A stretch of 64,000 bases of DNA from an uncultured Chloroflexia bacterium (GTDB taxonomy: Bacteria > Chloroflexota > Limnocylindria > Limnocylindrales > CSP1-4). The notes under the pieces were generated by a model. It did no database searches. It worked only from the letters and a program-made list of their open reading frames with translations, and was not told the DNA's origin. A program made the position numbers and the translations under genes. Position 1 is the first letter of the stretch, and each line of letters opens with the position of its first letter. Where the stretch lies: the NCBI GenBank assembly GCA_963764975.1, contig CAVXUF010000005.1:88454-152453 (forward strand), read 5' to 3'. Positions 46,139 through 54,093 of this stretch are shown in pieces.

Positions 46139-46231
46139 GGATGTCAACCGCTTCGAACCGTCGTCAGGCGACCAGATCCTCGAAGCCCGAAGCAGCGCTG
46201 CGGCGGCGCTCCGATGCCTGACCGCAGACGG

Positions 46232-49200
46232 TCAGCTGCAGCCGCTGGTGCTCCCGCAGTTGAGGCACTTGTAGCAGCTGCCGTTGCGGACCATGATCGA
46301 GCCGCAGTCGGCGCAGCTGGGGGCGTCGGCCTGGGTCTGGAAGCTGACCTTGGTGTTGCCGAGGTTCAGCGTCACCGCGCCGGCCGAGTTGCCCGGCTTG
46401 CCGTTGCCGTTGGCCGCGTGACCGTTCGTGGCGTGGCCGTTGGTCGCGATGACCGCCAGCTCTTCCTTCGCCGCCGGCGCCACCTCGGGGGCCGCCATGA
46501 CGGCGGTCGCCTTCGGGGTGTCGGTGTCGATGGTCTTCGCCTCCGGCGCAGGCGCCGGCGCATCGGCCACCGCGGGCGTGGTGCCCGTGATCGGCGCGTT
46601 GACTTCGAACGGGTTCGGCGGCTCGTCCACCACCGCTGAGCGATCGATCAGGCCGAGCATCGCCTTGTCGTCGTCCGACAGGAAGCGCGACCCGAGCCAG
46701 CGGAAGATGTAGTCCACGATGCTCTTGGCGATCGGGATCTCGCCGTTGCCGGTGAAGCCGCTGGGCTCGAACCGGACGTGGGCGAACTTGTTGACGAGGT
46801 CGCGCAGCGGCACGCCGTACTGGAGCGCCACCGAGACCGTGGTGGCCAGGGTGTCCATGAGCCCCGACACCGTGGAACCTTCCTTGGCCATCTTCATGAA
46901 GATCTCGCCGGGGGTCCCGTCCGGGTAGAGGCCCACGGTGATGTAGCCCTCGTGCCCGGAGATCTCGAACTTGTGGGTGACCGCGGCGCGCTCCGACGGC
47001 AGTCGGCGTCGATGCGGAAGACCGGCTTCGACCTGCGCCTTGGCCAGCTGCTTCTTGAGCTTCTCGACGACTTCGCTATCGACGACGTCGGCGGCCTCGC
47101 CGTCCTTCTTCTTGCCGGTTGACAGCGGCTGGCTGCGCTTGGAGTTGTCGCGATAGACGGCGATCGCCTTGAGGCCCAGCTTCCAGCCCTCGAGGTAGAC
47201 CTTCTCGATCTCCTCGGCCGTGGCGGCTTCGGGCATGTTGACGGTCTTGCTGATGGCACCGCTGATGAACGGCTGGATCGCGCCCATCATCCGGACGTGG
47301 CCCATGTAATGGATGGACCGTACGCCGTTCGCCGGTTTGAAGGCACAGTCGAAGACCGGCAGGTGCTGGAGCGCAAGGTGCGGGGCGCCCTCGATGGTCT
47401 CGCGCTCCATGAGGTAGGCGAGGATCTCGTCGACCTCCTCGGCGCCGTAGCCGAGCTTGCGCAGGGCCGCGGGGACGGTCTGGTTGACGATCTTGAGGAA
47501 GCCCTCGCCGACGAGCTTCTTGTACTTGATGAGCGCGATGTCCGGCTCCACGCCGGTGGTATCGCAATCCATCATGAACGCGATGGTCCCGGTGGGGGCC
47601 AGCACGGTCACCTGGGCGTTCCGATAGCCGTGCTGCTCGCCCAGCTGGAGCGCCTCGTCGAAGACCTGGGTGGCCAGGCGGGCGAGATCCTTGGGCACGC
47701 CGGCCGTAGGGATGTTGTACGCCGCGGTCCGGTGCTTCTTGATGACGCGCAGGAACGGCGCCTCGTTGGTCTTGTACTCGGCGAACGGGCCGCCGTGGTC
47801 ACGGGCGATGACGCTCGACTGGCGATAGGCCTCGCCGTGCATGATCGCGGTCAGGGTGGCCGCGAAGTTGCGCCCCTCATCGGAGTCATAGGCCAGGCCC
47901 CGGCTCATCAGCAGCGCGCCGAGGTTGGCGTAACCCAGCCCGAGCGGCCGGAACTTGTGCGAGTTCTGCTCGATCTGCGGGGTGGGGTAGCTGGCGTTGT
48001 CGACCAGGATCTCCTGGGCGGTGAGGGTCAGCTTGGCCGCGTAGCGGTACGCGTCGCCGTCGAACTCCCCGTCGTCGCGAACGAACTTCATGAGGTTGAG
48101 CGAGGCGAGGTTGCACGCGGTGTCGTTGAGGAACATGTATTCCGAGCACGGGTTGGACGCATGGATCCGGTCCGTGTTCGCGCTGGTGTGCCAGTCGTTG
48201 ATGGTGGTGTCGTACTGGATGCCCGGGTCGCCGCACAGGTGGGCCGCCTCGGCCATCTTGCGGAAAAGGTCGCGGGCCCGGTAGGTGTCCATCGGCTCGC
48301 CGCCGACGACCGCGTGCGTGGTCCACTCCCCGTCGTCCACGACGGCCTGCATGAACGCATCGGTCACGCGGACGCTGTGGTTGGCGTTCTGGAAGAAGAC
48401 CGATCCGTAAGCCTCACCCGTGAAGCTGGGGTCGTACCCGGCCTCGATGAGCGCCCACGCCTTCTGCTCCTCGTGCGCCTTCGAATCGATGAAGTCGAGG
48501 ACGTCCGGATGACCGGCATCGAGGATGACCATCTTGGCCGCGCGACGGGTCTTGCCGCCCGACTTCACCACGCCGGCGAAGGCGTCGTAGCCCTTCATGA
48601 AGCTGACGGGGCCGCTGGCGGTGCCGCCGCCGGCCATCTTCTCGCGGGACGAGCGGATCGTGGAGAGGTTGCTGCCGGCGCCGGATCCGAACTTGAAGAG
48701 CATGGCCTCGGTCTTGGCGAGGTCCATGATCGAGGACATCGTGTCCTGGACGCTGTTGATGAAGCAGGCCGAGCACTGCGGCTGCGGCTCGATCCCCACG
48801 TTGAACCAGACCGGCGAGTTGAACGCCATCTTCTGGTGGACGATCAGGTGGGTGAGCTCCGCCTGGAACGCCTGGAGGTCTTCGGTGGTGGCGAAGTAGT
48901 GCTGGGTCTCGGCCCACGACGCGATGGTGTTGACGACACGGTCGATGAGCTGGCGGACGCTGGTCTCGCGCTCCGGCGTGCCGAGATGGCCGCGGAAGTA
49001 CTTGCTGACCACGACGTTGACGGCCAGCTGGCTCCAGAAGTCCGGGACCTCGACATCCTTCTGCTCGAAGACGCTCTTGCCGGTCTCGTTGGCGATGCCG
49101 GCCGTCCGGTACTCCCAGGTGATCTCGTCGTAGGGATGGACGCCCGGGCGGGTCCAGCGGCGCTCGAAGGTCAGGCCCTTGACCGGCGTCTTGCCGTTGG

Positions 49201-49342
49201 GCTCCGTGCCGTCGAAGGAGGCGCCCCACGGACCGGCGTGGCGGCCATGCTCCCTGGTGGGCGTGGTGGCCTTGGCCTTGACGGCCTGATCCTTCGCCGG
49301 CTGATCCTTGACCGCAACGGTGGCGCCATTCCCTCGAGCCAT
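46232..49342 (-). CDS. nrdJ: class II (adenosylcobalamin-dependent) ribonucleotide reductase with a C-terminal zinc ribbon
   Basis: FERRWTR...ITWE opening. Active-site region SNPCSEY, with TGTIAFMMDCDTTGVEP downstream. C-terminal CADCGS...CYKCLNCGS. Start taken at MARGNG (49342) after GAGGAGAGG. Confidence 0.9.
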   Translation of the reverse strand: MARGNGATVAVKDQPAKDQAVKAKATTPTREHGRHAGPWGASFDGTEPNGKTPVKGLTFERRWTRPGVHPYDEITWEYRTAGIANETGKSVFEQKDVEVPDFWSQLAVNVVVSKYFRGHLGTPERETSVRQLIDRVVNTIASWAETQHYFATTEDLQAFQAELTHLIVHQKMAFNSPVWFNVGIEPQPQCSACFINSVQDTMSSIMDLAKTEAMLFKFGSGAGSNLSTIRSSREKMAGGGTASGPVSFMKGYDAFAGVVKSGGKTRRAAKMVILDAGHPDVLDFIDSKAHEEQKAWALIEAGYDPSFTGEAYGSVFFQNANHSVRVTDAFMQAVVDDGEWTTHAVVGGEPMDTYRARDLFRKMAEAAHLCGDPGIQYDTTINDWHTSANTDRIHASNPCSEYMFLNDTACNLASLNLMKFVRDDGEFDGDAYRYAAKLTLTAQEILVDNASYPTPQIEQNSHKFRPLGLGYANLGALLMSRGLAYDSDEGRNFAATLTAIMHGEAYRQSSVIARDHGGPFAEYKTNEAPFLRVIKKHRTAAYNIPTAGVPKDLARLATQVFDEALQLGEQHGYRNAQVTVLAPTGTIAFMMDCDTTGVEPDIALIKYKKLVGEGFLKIVNQTVPAALRKLGYGAEEVDEILAYLMERETIEGAPHLALQHLPVFDCAFKPANGVRSIHYMGHVRMMGAIQPFISGAISKTVNMPEAATAEEIEKVYLEGWKLGLKAIAVYRDNSKRSQPLSTGKKKDGEAADVVDSEVVEKLKKQLAKAQVEAGLPHRRRLPSERAAVTHKFEISGHEGYITVGLYPDGTPGEIFMKMAKEGSTVSGLMDTLATTVSVALQYGVPLRDLVNKFAHVRFEPSGFTGNGEIPIAKSIVDYIFRWLGSRFLSDDDKAMLGLIDRSAVVDEPPNPFEVNAPITGTTPAVADAPAPAPEAKTIDTDTPKATAVMAAPEVAPAAKEELAVIATNGHATNGHAANGNGKPGNSAGAVTLNLGNTKVSFQTQADAPSCADCGSIMVRNGSCYKCLNCGSTSGCS

Positions 49343-49502
49343 CGACCTCTCCTCGTCCGCTTCTCGACGCCGCGACATCCGTAGCTGCGGCGTACCCCTG
49401 TTTCGTCGTGCTGCCGAGGGGTCCTGGGGGCCGTTCCGGACCGGTCTGTCTGTGCCGGTGGGGAGCGCGTGGGCGACTCGGTATGAGCAGGCGACCCCGA
49501 GA

Positions 49503-49531
49503 ACGATACGCGGGAGCGAGGGGCCAGTCAA
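49503..49531 (-). promoter_or_regulatory. candidate nrdJ promoter
   Basis: On the minus strand: TTGACT (49531-49526), 17 nt, TATCGT (49508-49503). This leaves a leader of about 150 nt. Confidence 0.4.
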
Positions 49532-49539
49532 GCCCAAAA

Positions 49540-49588
49540 ACACAACATCTAGTGGTACGTTCGGGGCCCGCGTCGCAACATATGGTGG
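49540..49588. promoter_or_regulatory. tandem NrdR boxes
   Basis: ACACAACATCTAGTGG (49540-49555) and TCGCAACATATGGTGG (49573-49588) resemble the 16-bp NrdR palindrome acaCwAtATaTwgTgt. The first matches at 13 of 16 positions by hand. The boxes are offset by 33 bp. Confidence 0.6.
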
Positions 49589-49594
49589 TACAGG

Positions 49595-49687
49595 GAATCC
49601 ACAGCCAGCTGGGGATCATCCACGTCCGAGGGTGGTTCATCCACACCGGCGAGTGGGTTATGCACCCTGGGGCGGGACTTGTCCACG
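49595..49687 (+). promoter_or_regulatory. array of five phased DnaA-box-like 9-mers
   Basis: GAATCCACA (49595), TCATCCACG (49616), TCATCCACA (49637), TTATGCACC (49658), TTGTCCACG (49679). All are in the same orientation and the starts are exactly 21 bp apart. By hand, GAATCCACA and TTATGCACC match 7/9, TCATCCACA and TTGTCCACG match 8/9, and TCATCCACG matches 7/9 to TTATCCACA or TTGTCCACA. Confidence 0.5.
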
Positions 49688-49786
49688 TTCCGTGTACATC
49701 ATGCCAGATAGGACAAGTGTTCTGTTTGGGAGTGGGTGTCGCTCCGGCGCCGGTTCCTCCTCGGGGCGCTCTCGGCGCCCGGAACT

Positions 49787-49986
49787 CCGCCAAACGGCCA
49801 CCAGGTGACAGTAAGGCGCCCTCCTGACCGCGAAACGGCCGATCTGGGCTCGTGGCGTGGGTCGCAGTCACTGGGAGGTGGTCGCGCTGAGCGTGAAACA
49901 GCGTCGACGGAGGCTTGCGGGGACCCCGAGCCGTCGACGAGCGGCCGGACAGAGCGCCTAACGGTCATGTGATGGCAATCTGGCGG
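49787..49986. repeat. 200-bp unit bounded by 33-bp imperfect inverted repeats (MITE-like or structured-RNA-like), copy 1
   Basis: Left arm CCGCCAAACGGCCACCAGGTGACAGTAAGGCGC (49787-49819). Right arm GCGCCTAACGGTCATGTGATGGCAATCTGGCGG (49954-49986). The arms are 25/33 complementary by hand. There is an internal 8-bp inverted repeat GTCGACGG...CCGTCGAC. Confidence 0.55.
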
Positions 49987-50130
49987 TGTGCTCGGGTCAG
50001 GCCACCTCGGCACCGCGGCAACCCGCGGCCGCCGCGCCCCCGCCACCCCGGTCCTCCCCTCGCAGTAAGCCGGCGATACGCCGCGAGTGAGCCGATCTCG
50101 CCACGATGCAAGCCATGGACGACGTCTCGC

Positions 50131-50859
50131 ATGGATGATCAGCAGGTCGGGATGGCGATCCGGACGGTTCGCGTTCGGCGCGGGAAACGGCAGCGGGACG
50201 TCGCTGACGAGGCGGACGTGTCGCCGAGCACGATCTCTCGCATCGAGCGCGGGCGCATCGACGACGTGTCGCTCGGCACCTTGCGAAAAGTCTGCCTTCG
50301 CCTCGAGCTCCGCGTGGATGTTCGGATCCGATCTCGCGGCGCCGACCTTGACCGGATGCTCAACGCCCGACACGCCAAGCTCATCGAGTCGATCATCGCG
50401 CGGCTCGCCGCCGAACATCCCGCATGGATCGTCGTGCCCGAAGTCTCGTTCGCGATCTACGGCGAGCGCGGCGTGATCGACATCGTGGCCTGGAACCCGG
50501 AGCAGCGGGCACTGCTGATCGTGGAAGTCAAGACCGAGATCGTCGATGTCGGCGAGATGCTCGGCACGCTCGATCGGAAGCGGCGACTCGCGCGCGACAT
50601 CGTTCGCGACCGTGGCTGGGATCCCGCGACGATCTCGTCCTGGATCGTGATCGCCGAGAACCGCACGAATCAGCGACGGATCGCGGAGCACCGAGCGACG
50701 CTGCGAGCCGCGTATCCACACGACGGCCGTCGGATGAGTGCTTGGCTATCGGATCCAGCCGGTTCGATCGCGGCGTTGTCGAGCTGGCCGGCGCCGTCGG
50801 GCCAGGCCGGGGTGGCGCCGACGCGACGCGTGCGGCAGCGGGGTGACGCCGTCGCCTGA
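50131..50859 (+). CDS. XRE-family HTH fused to a PD-(D/E)xK-like domain
   Basis: HTH IRTVRVRRGKRQRDVADEADVSPSTISRIERG. C-terminal GVIDIVAW...ALLIVEVKTE, a D...E-x-K arrangement. Start is 50131 or 50152. Confidence 0.7.
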   Translation: MDDQQVGMAIRTVRVRRGKRQRDVADEADVSPSTISRIERGRIDDVSLGTLRKVCLRLELRVDVRIRSRGADLDRMLNARHAKLIESIIARLAAEHPAWIVVPEVSFAIYGERGVIDIVAWNPEQRALLIVEVKTEIVDVGEMLGTLDRKRRLARDIVRDRGWDPATISSWIVIAENRTNQRRIAEHRATLRAAYPHDGRRMSAWLSDPAGSIAALSSWPAPSGQAGVAPTRRVRQRGDAVA

Positions 50860-50918
50860 CGCTGTCGGCGGGCGCAGCGCCGGCGCCCGCGCGAGCGCCT
50901 GCATGCGACCATCACGGC

Positions 50919-51956
50919 ATGACGCTCCGTGACGAGATCCGGGAACAGCCAGCCGCCGCCGCGCGATTCCTCGATTCGCAGGGTGCCGCCATCGATGCGC
51001 TGGCGCGCGACATCCGCAGCCGCGACATCGAACACGTCGTCATCGTCGCGCGCGGGTCGTCGGACCATGCCGCGATCTACGCCCAGTACGTGCTCGGCGT
51101 CCGGCACGGGCTGACCGTAGGGCTGGCGACGCCGTCGGTCGTGTCGGTGTACGGCGCGGACCCGCGGCTCGACCGGACGCTCGTGATCGCGATCAGCCAA
51201 TCGGGGGCGTCGCCCGACATCGGCGCCGTCGTCGATGCGGCGCGTCGCCAGGGGGCCCCGACGGTGGCGTTCATCAACGCCCCGGATTCGCCGCTGGCAG
51301 ACGCCGCGGACTGGACGATCTCGCTGTCGGCGGGTCCGGAACGGGCGATCGCCGCGACCAAGTCGTACACGACGTCGCTGCTGGCGATCGCGGCCCTGTC
51401 CGCGGCGCTGCGCGACGAACCCGACGACCGGGCCGCCCTGGCGACGGTCCCGGCCACGATCGAGGCCACGCTCGGGCTCGAGGACTCGATGGCCGCCATC
51501 GCCGAAGCCCACGCGGGCGCGACGCGGGCCCTGATCCTGGCGCGTGGCTACGAGTACGCCACCGCACGCGAGTGGGCGATCAAGGTCAAGGAGCTCGCGC
51601 ACGTCTTCTTCGACCCGTATTCGGCGGCAGACTTCGCGCACGGGCCGGTGGCGCTGGTGGAGCCGGGGGTGCCGGTGATCGCGATCGTCCGCGAGGGGCC
51701 GACGGCGGCCGGGCTGACCGACCAGCTCGTCCGGTTGCGCGACGACCTCGATCCGGACCTGACGATCCTGTCGGACGTGCCGTCGGCGCTGGTGCCGGCT
51801 TCCCGTTCCGTGCCACTCCCCGCCGTGGCCGCGGAGTGGCTGGCGCCGATCGCGACCATCGTCGCGGGGCAGCTCTACGCGATGCACCTCACGCGTGCCC
51901 GCGGACTGGATCCCGAGGCGCCGCGGAACATCGTCAAGGTCACGCGAACCCGCTGA
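50919..51956 (+). CDS. SIS-domain sugar-phosphate isomerase/deglycase-like protein (GlmS isomerase-half-like)
   Basis: VVIVARGSSDHAA and VIAISQSGASPD (SIS motif). A second SIS repeat is present and there is no glutaminase domain. Confidence 0.85.
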   Translation: MTLRDEIREQPAAAARFLDSQGAAIDALARDIRSRDIEHVVIVARGSSDHAAIYAQYVLGVRHGLTVGLATPSVVSVYGADPRLDRTLVIAISQSGASPDIGAVVDAARRQGAPTVAFINAPDSPLADAADWTISLSAGPERAIAATKSYTTSLLAIAALSAALRDEPDDRAALATVPATIEATLGLEDSMAAIAEAHAGATRALILARGYEYATAREWAIKVKELAHVFFDPYSAADFAHGPVALVEPGVPVIAIVREGPTAAGLTDQLVRLRDDLDPDLTILSDVPSALVPASRSVPLPAVAAEWLAPIATIVAGQLYAMHLTRARGLDPEAPRNIVKVTRTR

Positions 51957-51979
51957 CGGTGCGCCGCGAGCGTGCCCCG

Positions 51980-52618
51980 CTAGCGCTTCGCCTCGAAGGT
52001 CACGAGGACGTCGAACGGGTCCTCGCCCTCCACGTAGCTCGGCGCCAGGGTCAGGGTGGAGGTGGCGACGGCATCGGACCAGCGCAGGTTCGAGCAGTCG
52101 GCCGTGCCGGTGATCCCGTCGGCATCGGGCCCGGACGTGACGTCCACCTTGCACTTGCCGAACGCGTCGAAGACCGTCCAGTGCCGGTTGCCGGACACGC
52201 GGTCGAGGATGACCGACCCGTAGGAGTCGAGGCCGCCAGGCTCCGACGCCGTGACGTGCAGGTACCACCCGTCGCTGTCGGTCCAGACCACATCGGCGCC
52301 GTAATACTCGAACAGGTGCGGCCCGGCCTTGAGCGTCGAGAGGGTGATCGGCGTCCCGCCATCGATCGCCAGCGTGGCCGATCCCGACGTGTACGTCGCG
52401 AGCGGCTTCGTGAACTCGTACGGGTCGAAGGACGCCTCCGGGTCGATCGAAGGCACCGGGTAGAGCGGCGACCCGTAGAGCAGGTACTCGCACCCGGACG
52501 TCACGGTCGCGGTCAGGACCAGGATCGCGAGGATGGACACGCGCCGAGACGACCGCAACGCTCGCTGCGACGTTCGACGGACCGTCCGACGCACCGTCCG
52601 ACCGATGACCCCGCCCAT
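51980..52618 (-). CDS. lipoprotein, unknown function
   Basis: Basic N-terminus with duplicated TVRR. Lipobox LTATVTSGC. Confidence 0.65.
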   Translation of the reverse strand: MGGVIGRTVRRTVRRTSQRALRSSRRVSILAILVLTATVTSGCEYLLYGSPLYPVPSIDPEASFDPYEFTKPLATYTSGSATLAIDGGTPITLSTLKAGPHLFEYYGADVVWTDSDGWYLHVTASEPGGLDSYGSVILDRVSGNRHWTVFDAFGKCKVDVTSGPDADGITGTADCSNLRWSDAVATSTLTLAPSYVEGEDPFDVLVTFEAKR

Positions 52619-52620
52619 CG

Positions 52621-53566
52621 TCAAAGCCCGCTGTAGGCGTGCAGGCCGCTGAACCACAGCGAGCCGGAGTACGTGACGAGCACCATCCCGAACCCGACGA
52701 CCAGCAGCAGCGCCGCCGGGCGCCCGGACCACGAGCGCTGATTGCGCGCGTGCAGGTAGATCGCGTAGACCAGCCACGTGACGAGCGCCGCGGTCTCCTT
52801 GGGGTCCCAGCCCCAGTAGCGGGACCAGGCGATCGCCGCCCACCACGATCCGAGGATGATCATCGTCGCGAAGATCGGGAAGCCGATGATCACGGCCTTG
52901 TAGGCCACCTCATCGAGGACCTTGTGCGATGGCAGCCAGCTGAATTCGATCCGCCTGACCCTGGATCAGGTACCCGACGCCGGCCGCGAAGCTCGTGGCG
53001 AAGATCCCGTAGGACAGCACCGCCATCCCGACATGGATCGTCAGCAGTGGCGCGTTCTGGAGAGCCGGGACGAGCGGCTTGATGTCGCCGGGCAGGCTCG
53101 ACGCGTACAGGAGCATCGCGAGCGCGACGCCGGTCGGGATGAACCCGATGGAGCGGATCGGGTAGCGCCGGCCGAGGAACAGGTACCCGCCGATCATCGA
53201 GAACGAGAAGGCGACCGTGAACTCGAACATGTTGCCCCAGGGACCCCGGCCGACGGCGATGCCTCGAGCCGTGAGCGACACGCCGAGCGCGATGACGGCG
53301 GCGAGCGTCAACCACGTGGCCGCTCGCGACAGGGGACTCGGCGAGGCCGCGGTCGTCGGACCGTCGCCCGCGCGACGCGTCCCCTCAGTGACGAAGGACC
53401 CGGTGACCACGCCGGCGTAGGCCGGCTGATTCGCCGCCGCCAGCACGGGCAGGGTTCGACGTCCGTTCGCGAGCATCACCGCGTGACCGATGTGCGCCGC
53501 GAAGCCGAGACCCACGAGCAGGGTCCCGACCGAGAAGAGCGTCGACGACAGGAGTTCGAGCGACAT
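52621..53566 (-). pseudogene. ccsA: cytochrome c assembly protein CcsA/ResC family, single frameshift
   Basis: The N-terminal half (52910..53566) ends YLIQGQADRIQLAAIAQGPR*. The next frame reads EFSWLPSHKVLDEVAYKAVIIGFP...WGWDPKETAALVTWLVYAIYLH, which carries the WWD motif and conserved His. The frame switch is at about 52940-52955. Confidence 0.75.
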
Positions 53567-53585
53567 CGAGATCGTCCTCGTCCGG

Positions 53586-54065
53586 TCAGGCCGCGGCGGC
53601 CCCGCCGGGCTTCGGGCCCGCGGATCGGACCGCGACGGCGCGGGGCTTGACCTTGAGGACGAGACCGCAGTTCGTGCAGGTGTCGACGATGGCCGCGCGA
53701 CCGAGACCGCACATCGGGCAACTCACCGCCAACTCGTTGCGGCACGTGTCGCACCGGCTCGTGCCGGACGGGTAGACCATCGCATCGACCCGGCAATAGG
53801 GCAGACCCGGGGGAAAGATCGGTTCGCCGTCGGCACCGACATCGGCGCGGCGTGGGCCTTCCTGGAACTGCACCTTCGTGCGGGGCTTGCGGATCAGGTA
53901 GATGACCATCCCGAGCGCCGTGAACGTCAGGAACGGCCCGACGATGCCCGCGAAGATGAAGACCGGCAGCAGGCCGATCAATGCACCCCAGTCCGGGATC
54001 ACGAACAGCTCCAGCGTGCGGAGGATCGTGGCCCAGATCTCGTTGAGCACGTCGATGAGGTTCAC
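53586..54065 (-). CDS. membrane protein with a C-terminal double zinc ribbon
   Basis: Two TMs, then CRVD...CDTC...CPMC...CTNC. Confidence 0.6.
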   Translation of the reverse strand: MNLIDVLNEIWATILRTLELFVIPDWGALIGLLPVFIFAGIVGPFLTFTALGMVIYLIRKPRTKVQFQEGPRRADVGADGEPIFPPGLPYCRVDAMVYPSGTSRCDTCRNELAVSCPMCGLGRAAIVDTCTNCGLVLKVKPRAVAVRSAGPKPGGAAAA

Positions 54066-54093
54066 GCTGGCATCCTAGCAGTCCGCCTCAGAC

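Noticed and set aside
41522-46231. Looked for integrase, tRNA target and flanking direct repeats to define the islet as an integrative element.
   Set aside because: No recombinase gene is present and there is no convincing att-like repeat; only a 6-7-nt GTCAAC match occurs at the two edges. I treat it as a remnant islet, not a defined mobile element.
49540-49740. DnaA-box array plus nearby AT-richer stretch considered as oriC.
   Set aside because: No dnaA, dnaN, parAB or rnpA/rpmH context is in the window, and only five boxes are present. I report it as a regulatory or titration candidate instead; it cannot be excluded without whole-genome skew data.
49915-50130. Upstream 72 codons of the XRE ORF, and the similar peptide PN(G/V)H(V/L)M.IWR encoded by all 33-bp arms, considered as a small conserved ORF.
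   Set aside because: The peptide similarity follows directly from the DNA repeat, which occurs on both strands. The downstream text is Arg/Pro junk, and other frames have immediate stops.
50860-50918. GCGCCTGCATGCGACCATCAC upstream of the SIS gene considered as a fifth copy of the 33-bp arm.
   Set aside because: Only about 11 nt align without gaps, which is too weak to call.
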